Shown in pieces: positions 27,315-37,600 of a DNA stretch of 64,000 nt (the stretch's first letter is position 1; each line of letters starts with the position of its first letter). The translations under genes were made by a program, and so were the position numbers. The stretch is from Oscillospiraceae bacterium (lineage in GTDB: Bacteria > Bacillota > Clostridia > Oscillospirales > UBA929). The stretch covers positions 66,514 to 130,513 of the forward strand of contig WRKO01000003.1 in assembly GCA_009782215.1 (NCBI GenBank). The letters run 5' to 3'. The notes beneath the pieces are model-generated. The model ran no database searches and had not been told where the DNA came from. It saw only the letters and a list, made by a program, of their open reading frames with translations.

Positions 27315-29138
27315 TTGGAACAGATAAAAGCTCCGCCTCGCGGCGGGACGCTCCGGGCTGGCGTCCGAGCCTCTCTTTCCATCTATTGGAGGGAGAAAAA
27401 AGCGCTCCTATTCATATGCGGCTTGGCCGTGATTGTGCGGGTGGCGCTGCCTTACCTCGGGATTCTAATGCCGAAGGCGGTATTGGACCAAATCGCGGCG
27501 CAGGCCGAGCCAAGGCAGTTTCTCTTTACCGTGGGCGGTTTGGCGCTGCTTCTGGTCGCCGTCAACTACCTCAAGGGTTTTACAGACACCGTCACAAATC
27601 GAACCATCGGCACCGCCGGTATCTTCGTGGCACTCGTTCGCCAAGCTGAGAAATGGATGCGGATGGACTTTGAGTTGATGGAAGACCCCGATTACAAAGA
27701 AGCGAATGATAAAGCGGAGAAGGCGGGGAACAGCAACCACTCCCCCGCGATGAACATCCCGCGCACATTGGTTGAACTGCTTTCCAACTGCTTCGGGTTC
27801 CTGCTCTACGCCGGGGTCATCGCCTTGATTCACCCGCTCATTCTGCTGGTTCTGCTCTTTACCGCCGCCGTCAACTGGCTGATGCTGCGCCGCGCCAGAA
27901 ATTACCTTGAAGCCACCCGGGACGAGCGGAGCAAGCTCTTCAAAAAGCTCGGCGCTTTATCCAAAACCCTGCGCGAGCCCGACGCCGCAAAGGATATTCG
28001 TTTATACGGAGCCTCCGGCTGGCTCCGCGGGCTGTACCGTGAGCAGTACGCTTCCTACCGCAAGGCCGAGCGCAGGATGCTGAGCAAAAATACGCACGCG
28101 CAGTTGACCGACGCGCTGATGATTTTGCTTCGCGACGGCGCGGCCTACGCCTTTTTGATATGGCTTGTGCTGAACGGGCGGATGACGCTGGGCGATTTTG
28201 TCTTCATCTTCGCCGCCATCGGCGCGCTGGCGGGCTGGGTTTCGGGTATTCTCACCGCCGCCAGCGACCTGAGCAAGGCCTGTATCGAAATGAACGACAT
28301 CCAAGCCATGCTGGACTACCCTGACCGGATGAATACCGGCCCCGGTATTCCGCTTCCCGGTCTTGACAAGCTTCCTCCGTCTCTTGAGCTTCGGGGCGTT
28401 GGATATACATATCCCAAGGCTGAAAAGCCGACCTTGCGTGATGTCAACCTCACCATCCGCGCCGGGGAGCGGATTGCCGTCGTCGGCGCCAACGGGGCGG
28501 GCAAGACAACGCTGGTCAAGCTGCTCTGCGGTCTGTACACGCCGACTGAGGGCGAGGTCTTGCTCAACGGGCATCCGGTGGGAGCGTATAACCGTGACGA
28601 GTATTACACTCTATTTTCCGCCGTTTTTCAAGACATTCATATGCTGTCCGCCTCCATCGCCGAAAATATCTCCCAGCAGCCGCCTGAATTAACAGACCGG
28701 GAGCGAGTGCGCCGGTGCCTTGAGCTGACAGGGTTTTCGGAGAAAACTAATAGCCTGCCGGAGAAGGAAGACACCCTGCTGGTGCGGGCCGTCCATCCCG
28801 ACGCCACGGAGCTTTCCGGCGGGGAGAAGCAGATGCTCGCCATGTCGCGCGCGCTGTATAAGGACGCGCCGGTCATCATCCTCGACGAGCCGACCGCCGC
28901 GCTCGACCCCATCGCTGAGAACGAGGTTTACTTGAAGTACGCCGGGCTGACCGAAAACAAGACGTCGGTCTACATCTCCCACCGTCTTGCCTCCACCCGT
29001 TTCTGCGACCGCATCCTTCTCATTGACGGCAGCGTCATCGCCGAGCAGGGCACGCATGACGAGCTGATGGCTCTGGGCGGGACGTACGCAAAAATGTTTG
29101 AGGTGCAGGCCAGCTACTATCAGGCGAACTCAAACTGA
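27315..29138 (+). CDS. ABC exporter, fused permease/ATPase (half-transporter 1)
   Basis: Six-TM domain, then Walker A GANGAGKTTL, signature LSGGEKQ and Walker B IILDEPT. TTG start. Confidence 0.85.
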   Translation: MEQIKAPPRGGTLRAGVRASLSIYWREKKALLFICGLAVIVRVALPYLGILMPKAVLDQIAAQAEPRQFLFTVGGLALLLVAVNYLKGFTDTVTNRTIGTAGIFVALVRQAEKWMRMDFELMEDPDYKEANDKAEKAGNSNHSPAMNIPRTLVELLSNCFGFLLYAGVIALIHPLILLVLLFTAAVNWLMLRRARNYLEATRDERSKLFKKLGALSKTLREPDAAKDIRLYGASGWLRGLYREQYASYRKAERRMLSKNTHAQLTDALMILLRDGAAYAFLIWLVLNGRMTLGDFVFIFAAIGALAGWVSGILTAASDLSKACIEMNDIQAMLDYPDRMNTGPGIPLPGLDKLPPSLELRGVGYTYPKAEKPTLRDVNLTIRAGERIAVVGANGAGKTTLVKLLCGLYTPTEGEVLLNGHPVGAYNRDEYYTLFSAVFQDIHMLSASIAENISQQPPELTDRERVRRCLELTGFSEKTNSLPEKEDTLLVRAVHPDATELSGGEKQMLAMSRALYKDAPVIILDEPTAALDPIAENEVYLKYAGLTENKTSVYISHRLASTRFCDRILLIDGSVIAEQGTHDELMALGGTYAKMFEVQASYYQANSN

Positions 29139-29152
29139 AAGGGTGAAACGGT

Positions 29153-30994
29153 ATGACAGACCAACAAACAAAGCTCAGTTTCCGAGAAATGATGAGCCTA
29201 TTGGGATACGGCTACAAACTGGCGGCCAAGCTGACCCCCGCCTATCTGCCCTTGATGCTGCTGAGGGCCTTGTCTACAGCGGCACAGCCTTTGCTGGTGC
29301 TATTCTTCTCAGCCCGCATCCTTAACGAGCTGGACGGGGCAAGGGACGTATCGGCCATCATCCTGTATGTGTCCGTCACCGTCGGCGCGACCTTTATTCT
29401 GTCTGTTTTGAGCGCTTATTTGACGCGCGAGGTGGAGACGGACTCGGCGTATGAACGCATTTATCAAAAAATACAAATGATGCAGGCGGAGCAGTTTGTC
29501 AAGATGGATTTCGCCCACACTGAGGATAGCAGCATCAGTGAGGTGCTTGCCCGCATGGACACGCAGGCGCGGGGCAACGGCTTGGGCTTGATGAATGTGT
29601 ATTTATGTTCCTCAGAAGCGGCAACAAGCTTGTTTTCCCTTGTCTTCGCTTTTCTGCTCCTGTTTGGCCCGCTCTCAGCCGACGTCCCACTGACCGGCTG
29701 GCCCGCCTTGGCATTGTACGCGTTTTTCGCATTTGGAATCGCCACGGGACTCTATTTACAGGCACGAACCCAGCGTTTATCGAAGGCGCTCTATGCGGAA
29801 AACGCCAAGGCCAACACCTCCGCCGATTACTATCACGAGTATCTCAAATCTGACAAAGCCGCCAAGGACATTCGTCTCTACGACCAAAGCCCGGCCCTTC
29901 TGACCATTATTAAGAGCAGCTTTAACATAAAGCCTTGGTTCCCGTTTTTCTTCTTCTTCGCGCGGGTACAGGGCTTCACGCTCGGATTGCTGGCGCTGCT
30001 CGGCGGCGGGTTTTACCTCATCGCCGGGTACGGCGCACTGGGCGGCACGGTAATCGTGGGCGGCATCGTCCAAAGCGTCGGCGCCGTGACGGCTTTTGCC
30101 TCCGCCACCGGAATGTTGGTTATGCTGCTGGGGCAGTTGGTCAGCAACGCGGCCTACCTCAAGCCGATGCAGGATTTTCTGTCACTACCCGATTTGCTTG
30201 TCAAAGGCGCGAAACACGTTCCGCCGCCGGAAGGGCACTGCTATGTATTTGAGTTTCGGAACGTCTCCTTCCGCTATCCGGGCGCGGACGAATACGCCCT
30301 CAAGAATCTCAGCCTTACGTTCAACGCGGGGCACCGGCTTGCTGTCGTGGGCTTGAACGGCAGCGGCAAGACGACGATGATTAAGCTCCTCTGCCGCCTG
30401 TACGACCCTACCGAAGGGGCCATTCTACTCGACGGCGTTGACATTAAGGAATACGACTACGCGCAGTACACCGCGCTGTTTTCCGTTGTATTTCAAGATT
30501 TTCAGCTTTTCCCGCTCCAGCTTGGCGCCAATGTCGCCGCCGGAGCCGACTATGACACAGACCGCGTCCGCGCGTCGCTCGAGGGCGCGGGGTTCTCCGA
30601 ACGCCTTGGCTCTATGCCGCGCGGGCTGGATACGATGCTGTATAAAGCCTTCGACGAGGACGGAACGCAGGTGTCGGGCGGTGAGGCGCAAAAAATAGCG
30701 CTCGCGCGAGCGCTTTACAGAAACGCGCCGTTTGTCATTCTTGACGAGCCGACCGCCGCGCTTGACCCCATCGCGGAATATGAGGTCTATTCCACCTTCG
30801 ACCAAACCATCGGCGGCAAATCGGCGGTCTTTATCTCCCACCGCTTATCCTCATGCCGCTTCTGCCACGACATCGCCGTCTTTGACAACGGACAGCTCGT
30901 CCAACGCGGCGAACACGACACACTGCTGACCGACGAAGACGGCCTATACCGCAAACTCTGGGACGCACAGGCGCAACACTACGTGGACAGCTAA
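29153..30994 (+). CDS. ABC exporter, fused permease/ATPase (half-transporter 2)
   Basis: Six-TM domain, then GLNGSGKTT, VSGGEAQK and VILDEPT. Probably forms a heterodimer with the upstream gene. Confidence 0.85.
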   Translation: MTDQQTKLSFREMMSLLGYGYKLAAKLTPAYLPLMLLRALSTAAQPLLVLFFSARILNELDGARDVSAIILYVSVTVGATFILSVLSAYLTREVETDSAYERIYQKIQMMQAEQFVKMDFAHTEDSSISEVLARMDTQARGNGLGLMNVYLCSSEAATSLFSLVFAFLLLFGPLSADVPLTGWPALALYAFFAFGIATGLYLQARTQRLSKALYAENAKANTSADYYHEYLKSDKAAKDIRLYDQSPALLTIIKSSFNIKPWFPFFFFFARVQGFTLGLLALLGGGFYLIAGYGALGGTVIVGGIVQSVGAVTAFASATGMLVMLLGQLVSNAAYLKPMQDFLSLPDLLVKGAKHVPPPEGHCYVFEFRNVSFRYPGADEYALKNLSLTFNAGHRLAVVGLNGSGKTTMIKLLCRLYDPTEGAILLDGVDIKEYDYAQYTALFSVVFQDFQLFPLQLGANVAAGADYDTDRVRASLEGAGFSERLGSMPRGLDTMLYKAFDEDGTQVSGGEAQKIALARALYRNAPFVILDEPTAALDPIAEYEVYSTFDQTIGGKSAVFISHRLSSCRFCHDIAVFDNGQLVQRGEHDTLLTDEDGLYRKLWDAQAQHYVDS

Positions 30995-31674
30995 AAACTA
31001 ACACGTTCATGGCGGCGGAATGTCCATGTGCCGAAGGCTAGTTCATATACCATTTCATCAAAACCAAGAGGATCAGTATGATTGTCGTCGGCTTCCAGCA
31101 ATTCTGCGCCACCGACAAGATGATAGGTTGTAACCGACACAACTGTTAGACCTCTGTACTCCGCTTCGACCGTAACCCACAGCTCACCGCCAGAATAGTA
31201 TTCTCGCTGGCTAATATGCGCTTTTGAAGGGCTTCCGGGATGTGTTATAATCTCCTCTCCGCTTTCTTCATCTAGTTCCTTTGTTGGCTCAACAGCCACC
31301 ACATACGGACTGCATGGGCGGGACGTATGCCCTCTCAATTCGCCACTCACAGTGATTTGAAATGTTACGCCGTCCCATCCATACTCTTCGTCAAGCTCCA
31401 TATTTATTGCGTGTCCGTCATCATCATTATACGCCATCCAAAAAAGTTGCGCTTTGAATTCATCCTGATTTATCAGTTCCCTCAGGGTTAGTTCCATGCT
31501 GTTGACGTAGAGGTTGAGCTGGTTTTCGGCGCGGGCGGAGGCGGCGGCGCCGAGGTTGGCGCCTGCGGCGGTAAGGGCGGAGACGCCTATAGCCATCAGC
31601 AGCAGCATCGCCGCCAACACAAACAGCATTGACGCGCCGCGCCTGTTCCGTATCACGGTTTTACCTCCCCGCAC
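30991..31674 (-). CDS. PilX-like minor pilin
   Basis: N-terminus NRRGASMLFVLAAMLLLMAIGVSALTAAG resembles the PilX/GspK-type N-terminal segment (no Glu at +5). The start overlaps the giant gene's stop by 14 nt. Confidence 0.6.
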   Translation of the reverse strand: MRGGKTVIRNRRGASMLFVLAAMLLLMAIGVSALTAAGANLGAAASARAENQLNLYVNSMELTLRELINQDEFKAQLFWMAYNDDDGHAINMELDEEYGWDGVTFQITVSGELRGHTSRPCSPYVVAVEPTKELDEESGEEIITHPGSPSKAHISQREYYSGGELWVTVEAEYRGLTVVSVTTYHLVGGAELLEADDNHTDPLGFDEMVYELAFGTWTFRRHERVSF

Positions 31675-34600
31675 AGCGTTTGGCTTTCCGGTTTTTGCTT
31701 AGTTTCCGTCTTTTTAACAGTTGCTGAATGGACAGACCCCCGGCAAGGACGACCGAATCGTAAGGGGACGGCGCGCCGCCGCAGGTGCATTCGCAGACGC
31801 ACCCGTCGTCACACGCGCAAGCGTCGAAGCAAGCGCAGGGTATCGCGGCGGCCATCATCTCAAAGCTCCGCCCGGCAACAGCCCCCAACTCCTTCGGTTT
31901 TGAAGCGTCAACCTCAACGTCGATTTTCATTATCTCCGAGGATAAGATTAACCCGGCGGCTTCAAGCTCAACGGAATAGTAGATGGTAAATTTGTCTGCC
32001 TCATATTCGTGCCAATCGGCTAGAGCGCTATCTATCGGCAGCAGCGTTATGACAAGCTGAACCGCGCTGCCATCGACGGCTTGCAGCAACTCGATGATAT
32101 GCACACGATTTGCCTCGGTTCCTCTTGCAATCCTGACCTCATAATTACCGTTTGCGTTTCTTGCCGCCTTAACCCCTTCTTCATTGTACAGCACAACCTC
32201 CGGCCTGACGGCATGACCGCCGTCACCTCTTATCTTTTCCAAAAGGTCGCCCAGCAAGTCAATAATGATACTGCCCGGCACGCCGAAAGGGCCCGGCGTT
32301 ATCTCTTCGGGGTCTATTTTAATGGATTTATTTTCAGCTTCAATCGGTATGCCCACAACCGTCCTCGGGAAATTCAGCCTTGCCGGAAGCAAGCCGTATC
32401 CCACCTGCGTAGCCAACTCAAACATATACCGATAATCCGCCGTCACGCTGTCGAAAATCACGCCGTGGTCGTCGCCGTCATAAGTCAAAGTATAAGAGCC
32501 GCTCCATGTATCAGGACTCAAAGCGGTAGACGCCTGCTCTAAATCCACCGATTTGGTCAAGCGGGTGAAGCCGTCCGTCGTACCCGGCTCTATTACCAAG
32601 CCGACTATGTTCGATACTGCAAACTCCGGCGGAATGACAACGGAAATGACGCCGTTCGTGCTGATTACGGCAGTGGTTTCCGCTGTCAGTGTGACCTCGA
32701 AAACGCCGCCACCCAAGTCCTCAACTTCCTTTTCCAGCTTCACCGGGTCGATGAACACCTGCACCGCGTCTCTATCCGAAGCGTTGTTCTTTGTGTTTGC
32801 ATTGTCGGTATACGGGGCAAGACGGCCGACATAACCATTCCCGAAAGCGCTGTCCCGATAACTTACCGTAGCTTGGTTCCTGATATAATAGTGCATCGTA
32901 TCCGCCGGAGTGGGGTCATCGCCACTACTATTTTGGATGTCAAATCTAATTTGGATGTCAAAGGTCACTGTAAGGACAGCGTTTGAAGCCAATGTGCCGA
33001 GACCGTCAATCGTCAGCTTTCCGCCGACAGGGGCGCCGCTCCGCGCCGAAGCATTTACTTTTACGCTTCCCGGCACAAAGTCATAGTATCGGTCAAAGGG
33101 AGCCAGTATGTCCTCGATGACAATATCGCCAACCGTCACCTCGCCGTGGTTCCTCACCGTCAGCTCCACCGTCAGCACATCGCCCGGCTTGACAAACTTG
33201 ACTTCCCTCCCGTCATCGTCCAGCACCCTCTTGTCAATCGACAAGAATCCGGGAGACTGGAAGGTGATACCGGCGAGGTAGTTGCCTTGTTTGGGGTCGT
33301 TCAGCGACGCGGATTCATACGCAAACTCTGTATAGTTCTGCCCCTCGGGAATGGTGTATAAGCCGTAATATTGCTTCCATTCACTGATACGCCCGGTATA
33401 CGTAGTAGGAGTAAGGCTTGGTCTGTAATAATCGGTTCTGACTAAAGCATTAGTGCTGTTATTATATATTTCAATACATAATTCCCTGCCGTTGCTCCAA
33501 GTGTTATAAGTGAACCTATATCTGTATGTGACTCCACCAGCGGTTGTTGTATAGCGCGTTCCATCCGTGTTGAGCAAATCAACATATGTGCCATCAGCAA
33601 CACTCAGTGTAAAGAGTGTGGTTAAGTTCGCATTTACAAAATCATTGCTTAACCTTCCTCCAGCTCCGGTTCCGCTTCCTGAGTTGTTGTACGCATAGGT
33701 TGTCATTTGGTATGTCGCTCCCGGCAGATACGCCACATCCCAATAGCCGATGATGTTCTTTTCTGCATCATCTCGGAGCGACGCCGGCAAATCGGATATG
33801 GTATTATAGTTATTGGTTAAGGTTGTAACCCCTTCCTCCGACCAGAACGTAATGCCAAGCCCCGGCCCGTTCAGCCAAACATCGTAAAGATACGCTGTTC
33901 TTTCATCTTCTATTACAGAATCATAAAAGCTCACTTCTCCGTACATGATGGTGTCCCTCGTCTGAGGCATACCCGTTGCAGAGCCTCTCTTTGTTGTGGC
34001 GGGACGAATGATCGTCTGCTTTCCGTCCACGTATTCCCATATCCCGTCATTGTTTGTCATGTCGGAAAGATAGAATTTCAGCGTGTCTGTGTTGTTGTTA
34101 AAACGGGCGGCATGGTAGAATGAGTAATACGTTTCCGTTCCGGGGAATGTATGGCTAATTTGATAGAGCGTTCCGGGAATTTCTGCGTTCAGCTCGGCGT
34201 AAACGCCTGTTGCCGTACCCATATAGTTCGTTCGGGCGCGTCCACTATCCGCCAAAGGATGCGGATTTTGGAACTCGATTGAATATATTTGGTCTAAAGT
34301 GGCATCACTAAGGGTTATGTCTGCGGCGGGACGCGTATTCCATCCCTGCACCCAGCTTTGATGGGCATATATCCACTGGTGAGACCAGTTTCCGCTATCT
34401 ACACGGGGGCCTGCCGGGAATATCAACCCCGGTGCATTGTTCACAAGATTGAACGCGCCCGAAGTAAACTGTGAAACGACCTCGTAAGACTGGTCTGGGT
34501 CGTTTGGGTTCATCAGCGGCATATCAAAGTCTCCGTTGATAAACCCTATGCTTCCGACGCTGTTGCTGCTTAGCGTCGGTTCCCACGCGGGGCCGTGCAA

Positions 34601-37600
34601 CAGGGGGTTGTCGTCGTCGATATCCGCCGCTCTGTCTGCGCGGTCAACTTGGTCTAGGCGCACCGGGCCGTTGGTTTCGGGCCAGTTTTGCGGGGCGGCC
34701 GCATTGTTCAGCAGCGGGTAGTGATACCCGGCGGGGGGCTGGTTCCATTTCGCCCATTCAGCGATTTCAAACTCACCGCTCTTTGCAATTAAGGGGAGGA
34801 AGTCAAGGTTCAGGAACGAGGCGTAGAGTCCTTGTCCGCCGCCCACAACATTTGCCGCCAACGGCGGGATGTTGTAATTCCCGGCAATCCAGTTTGCGGC
34901 AGGGCCTTGATTGCCCTCAACCGTATATTGCCTGCCGTAGATATAGAAAGCGTCGCTGACGTTGGGGACTGTGGCGTCATCGTCGTCGTCATCGTCTACC
35001 GCTCTGCCCTGTATGGGGAAGATGTTGATGGTATCCCCGCTCACTTTCGGCGCGGGCGCGAGGTAGAGGGCGCGGCTGACGGCGTTGCTCCCCGCGTCGC
35101 CGACGATGCCGCCGACGTTTTCGCTCCCGGTTATGGGGGATTCTGTTTCCGTGCTGAGGAAGAAAACATCTGAGATATCTCCTTCGGTTTTCCCGATAAG
35201 CCCGCCGACGTTGGTTTCGCCGGCGACTTTGACGTTTTCCGCATAGCTGTCGCTGACTTCGCCGCTGACATGGCCCGCCAAGCCCCCGACATTGGTTTCG
35301 CCGGTGACGCTCTTGCCGCGGACGTATGAGCCGAAGACGCTCGCCGCGCTGCCCGCCACGCCGCCGGCGTTGGCGCTGTTCGCATTAACGGTGACATTCA
35401 CCGCGAAACTGCCCATCACGACGTTGACTTTCCCCACTACGCCGCCGACATTGGTTCCACCGCTGACGCTGCTCGCGCCGCTGACGGAGGAGCCGGTAAC
35501 ACTCGCCGTGCTGCCCACTACGCCCCCGATGTCGTTGCCGCCGTTGACGGTCACGTCTACCGCATGGCTGTTGCTGACGCTCGCCGCGTTGCCCACCACG
35601 CCCCCGGCGTTGCTGCCGCCGGTGACGGTCACGTCTACCGCATGGCTGTTGCTGACGCTCGCCGCGCTGCCCACCACGCCCCCGGCGTTACTGCCGGTGG
35701 CGGTTACGGTGACATTGGCCGCAGTCATGCCGGATATCCCCGCACTATTATCCTCAAGGCCAATGATGCCGCCGACGTTGCTGCCGCCGCTGACAGTGTT
35801 GGCGCCGCGCAGCTCAACCCCGCTGACCGCCCCGCTGTTTGTCCCCGCCAGCCCGCCGACGTTATCGCCGCCGCTGACAGCGCCGTCGTACAGCTCAATC
35901 CCACTGACCGCCCCGCTGTTTGTCCCCACCAGCCCGCCGACGTTATCGCCGCCGCTGACAGCGCCGTCGTACAGCTCAATCTCTCTGATTGTCCCGCTGT
36001 TCGTCCCCGCCAGCCCGCCGACGTTATCGCCGGTGCCGGTAACCGCGTTGTTTCTGAGTATGAGATTTTCCACACGTCCGTCCGCGCCGATTTGCGAGAA
36101 GATACCAACATTGCCGCCGCCGTTGATTTTGCCTTGGTCGTTGGTGGCGGTTCCGATGTTTTTGATGGCTTTTGAATTGCCGTTGTATTGGCCGGTGAAG
36201 TTGCCTTGTACGACGGAAGCGGTGATGTTGATGTTGGTTCTGTCTGCGTTGATGAATCCGTTTGAACCTGAATCTGTCCCAGAAGTTGTAGTATTTGTTG
36301 GATTCTGATATCCGGTTGTTGTATTCAATCCGCTAAAATCAATATCAATCTCCTGCCTGTATTTACCGCTACGGGTACTGGAATCTTTTCCGATGTTATT
36401 CAGATGTCTCGGCGTCCGTATTGTATACTCGTAATTTGAAATATCGGGAACAGAGTTCAATGACCAAATCGCTTTTCCAAACAACGGATTGATATAACCG
36501 TCAAAATAATCGGCTTTTTCGGCGTTGCCCTGACCTATTGTGACCCGAATCGGTTCGATGCCGTTGTCGTCCGGCATATGGCTGATTAAGTCTTCCAGAT
36601 TGAACACAACATAAGATTCACCGCCAAGCGCCGGTATCTCTCCCGACTCGCCTGTCTTTCCTTCGTGGAGTACATCTCCGTTCATCTTTCTAACCATATA
36701 CGCACCGCTATTGCCGGGCATGGTTGTAAACGCTATATAGCCGTCTTCCAGCACCTTTTGGCTGTAATCCAACTTATCATCATTATATCCGGCCCAAAGC
36801 CCATATTTCTCTCCGGTTTTTTCATTCACATCTGGATAAATCTCATAATACGCGAATCTAAGCACCGTAGCGTCCGGCTCCGGCCAATGTGGTATTGCCT
36901 GTTCCGTCAATGCCGCCAAGCGCGGATATGGAATATTGTTGGAACCTTGCACCCAACGCCCGCTACTCGGCGTTACTCCGTTCAATGTTGCTCTCGCGTT
37001 TTTCAAATCGTCCACATTCGTGGCACGCCCTCTTCCCGCATCTACATTGACGTTATAGCCTGTTACTCGGAGATACAACACCGTGTTGTTCAATCCCCCC
37101 GGTGATGCTGTTCCGATTACGGGATTGAAGTCATCACCAAAATAGGCGGTGCTATACGCATTTGACAGGGTGCCGCCATCAATAATACCTACAAGTCCTC
37201 CGGTAGAAGCAGTCGTCCCGAACACAGACCGCTCCCAGTTATTTACCTGCGGCGAGTTGTTACCATAATTATAAAACACATTCTGAACCGAGCCGTCGCC
37301 TATATACCCGACCACACCGCCGACGTTCGTTGAACCATCCTTGCCAACCCTCGTAAAGTCCACATAGCAAATGCTAATGTTCCCCGAGGACTGCCCCGCG
37401 ATGCCGCCGACATAATTGTTGCCCACCACTTCATTGAAAGAGCTTCCGCTTCGCATCCCAGCAAACGACTGCGTAATCGTCCCCGCGTTCGTCCCAGCGA
37501 TGCCGCCGACGTTGCTCGTACCTTCAACCGTAACCCCAAGCACACGGCTCCCGGTAATCGTCCCTTCGTTCGTCCCCGCGAGGCTGCCGACGTTTTCGTT

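Noticed and set aside
31730-31780. Canonical sortase recognition motif in the giant pilin tail
   Set aside because: No LPXTG, NPQTN or (S/P)PXTG is present; only SPYDS, a partial resemblance. The sorting-signal idea is therefore kept only as a low-confidence hypothesis.
35546-36064. Regularly spaced repeats considered as a possible CRISPR array
   Set aside because: The units are directly contiguous (78 and 81 nt, no unique spacers), in frame and coding within the giant ORF, and no cas genes are nearby.
35292-36308. 338-aa Pro/Thr/Leu-rich repetitive ORF (looks like a mucin-like protein)
   Set aside because: It is the antisense reading of the GLUG repeat array. Its repeats simply mirror the sense-strand repeats, and the sense frame is part of an uninterrupted 8.5-kb ORF with recognisable domains.
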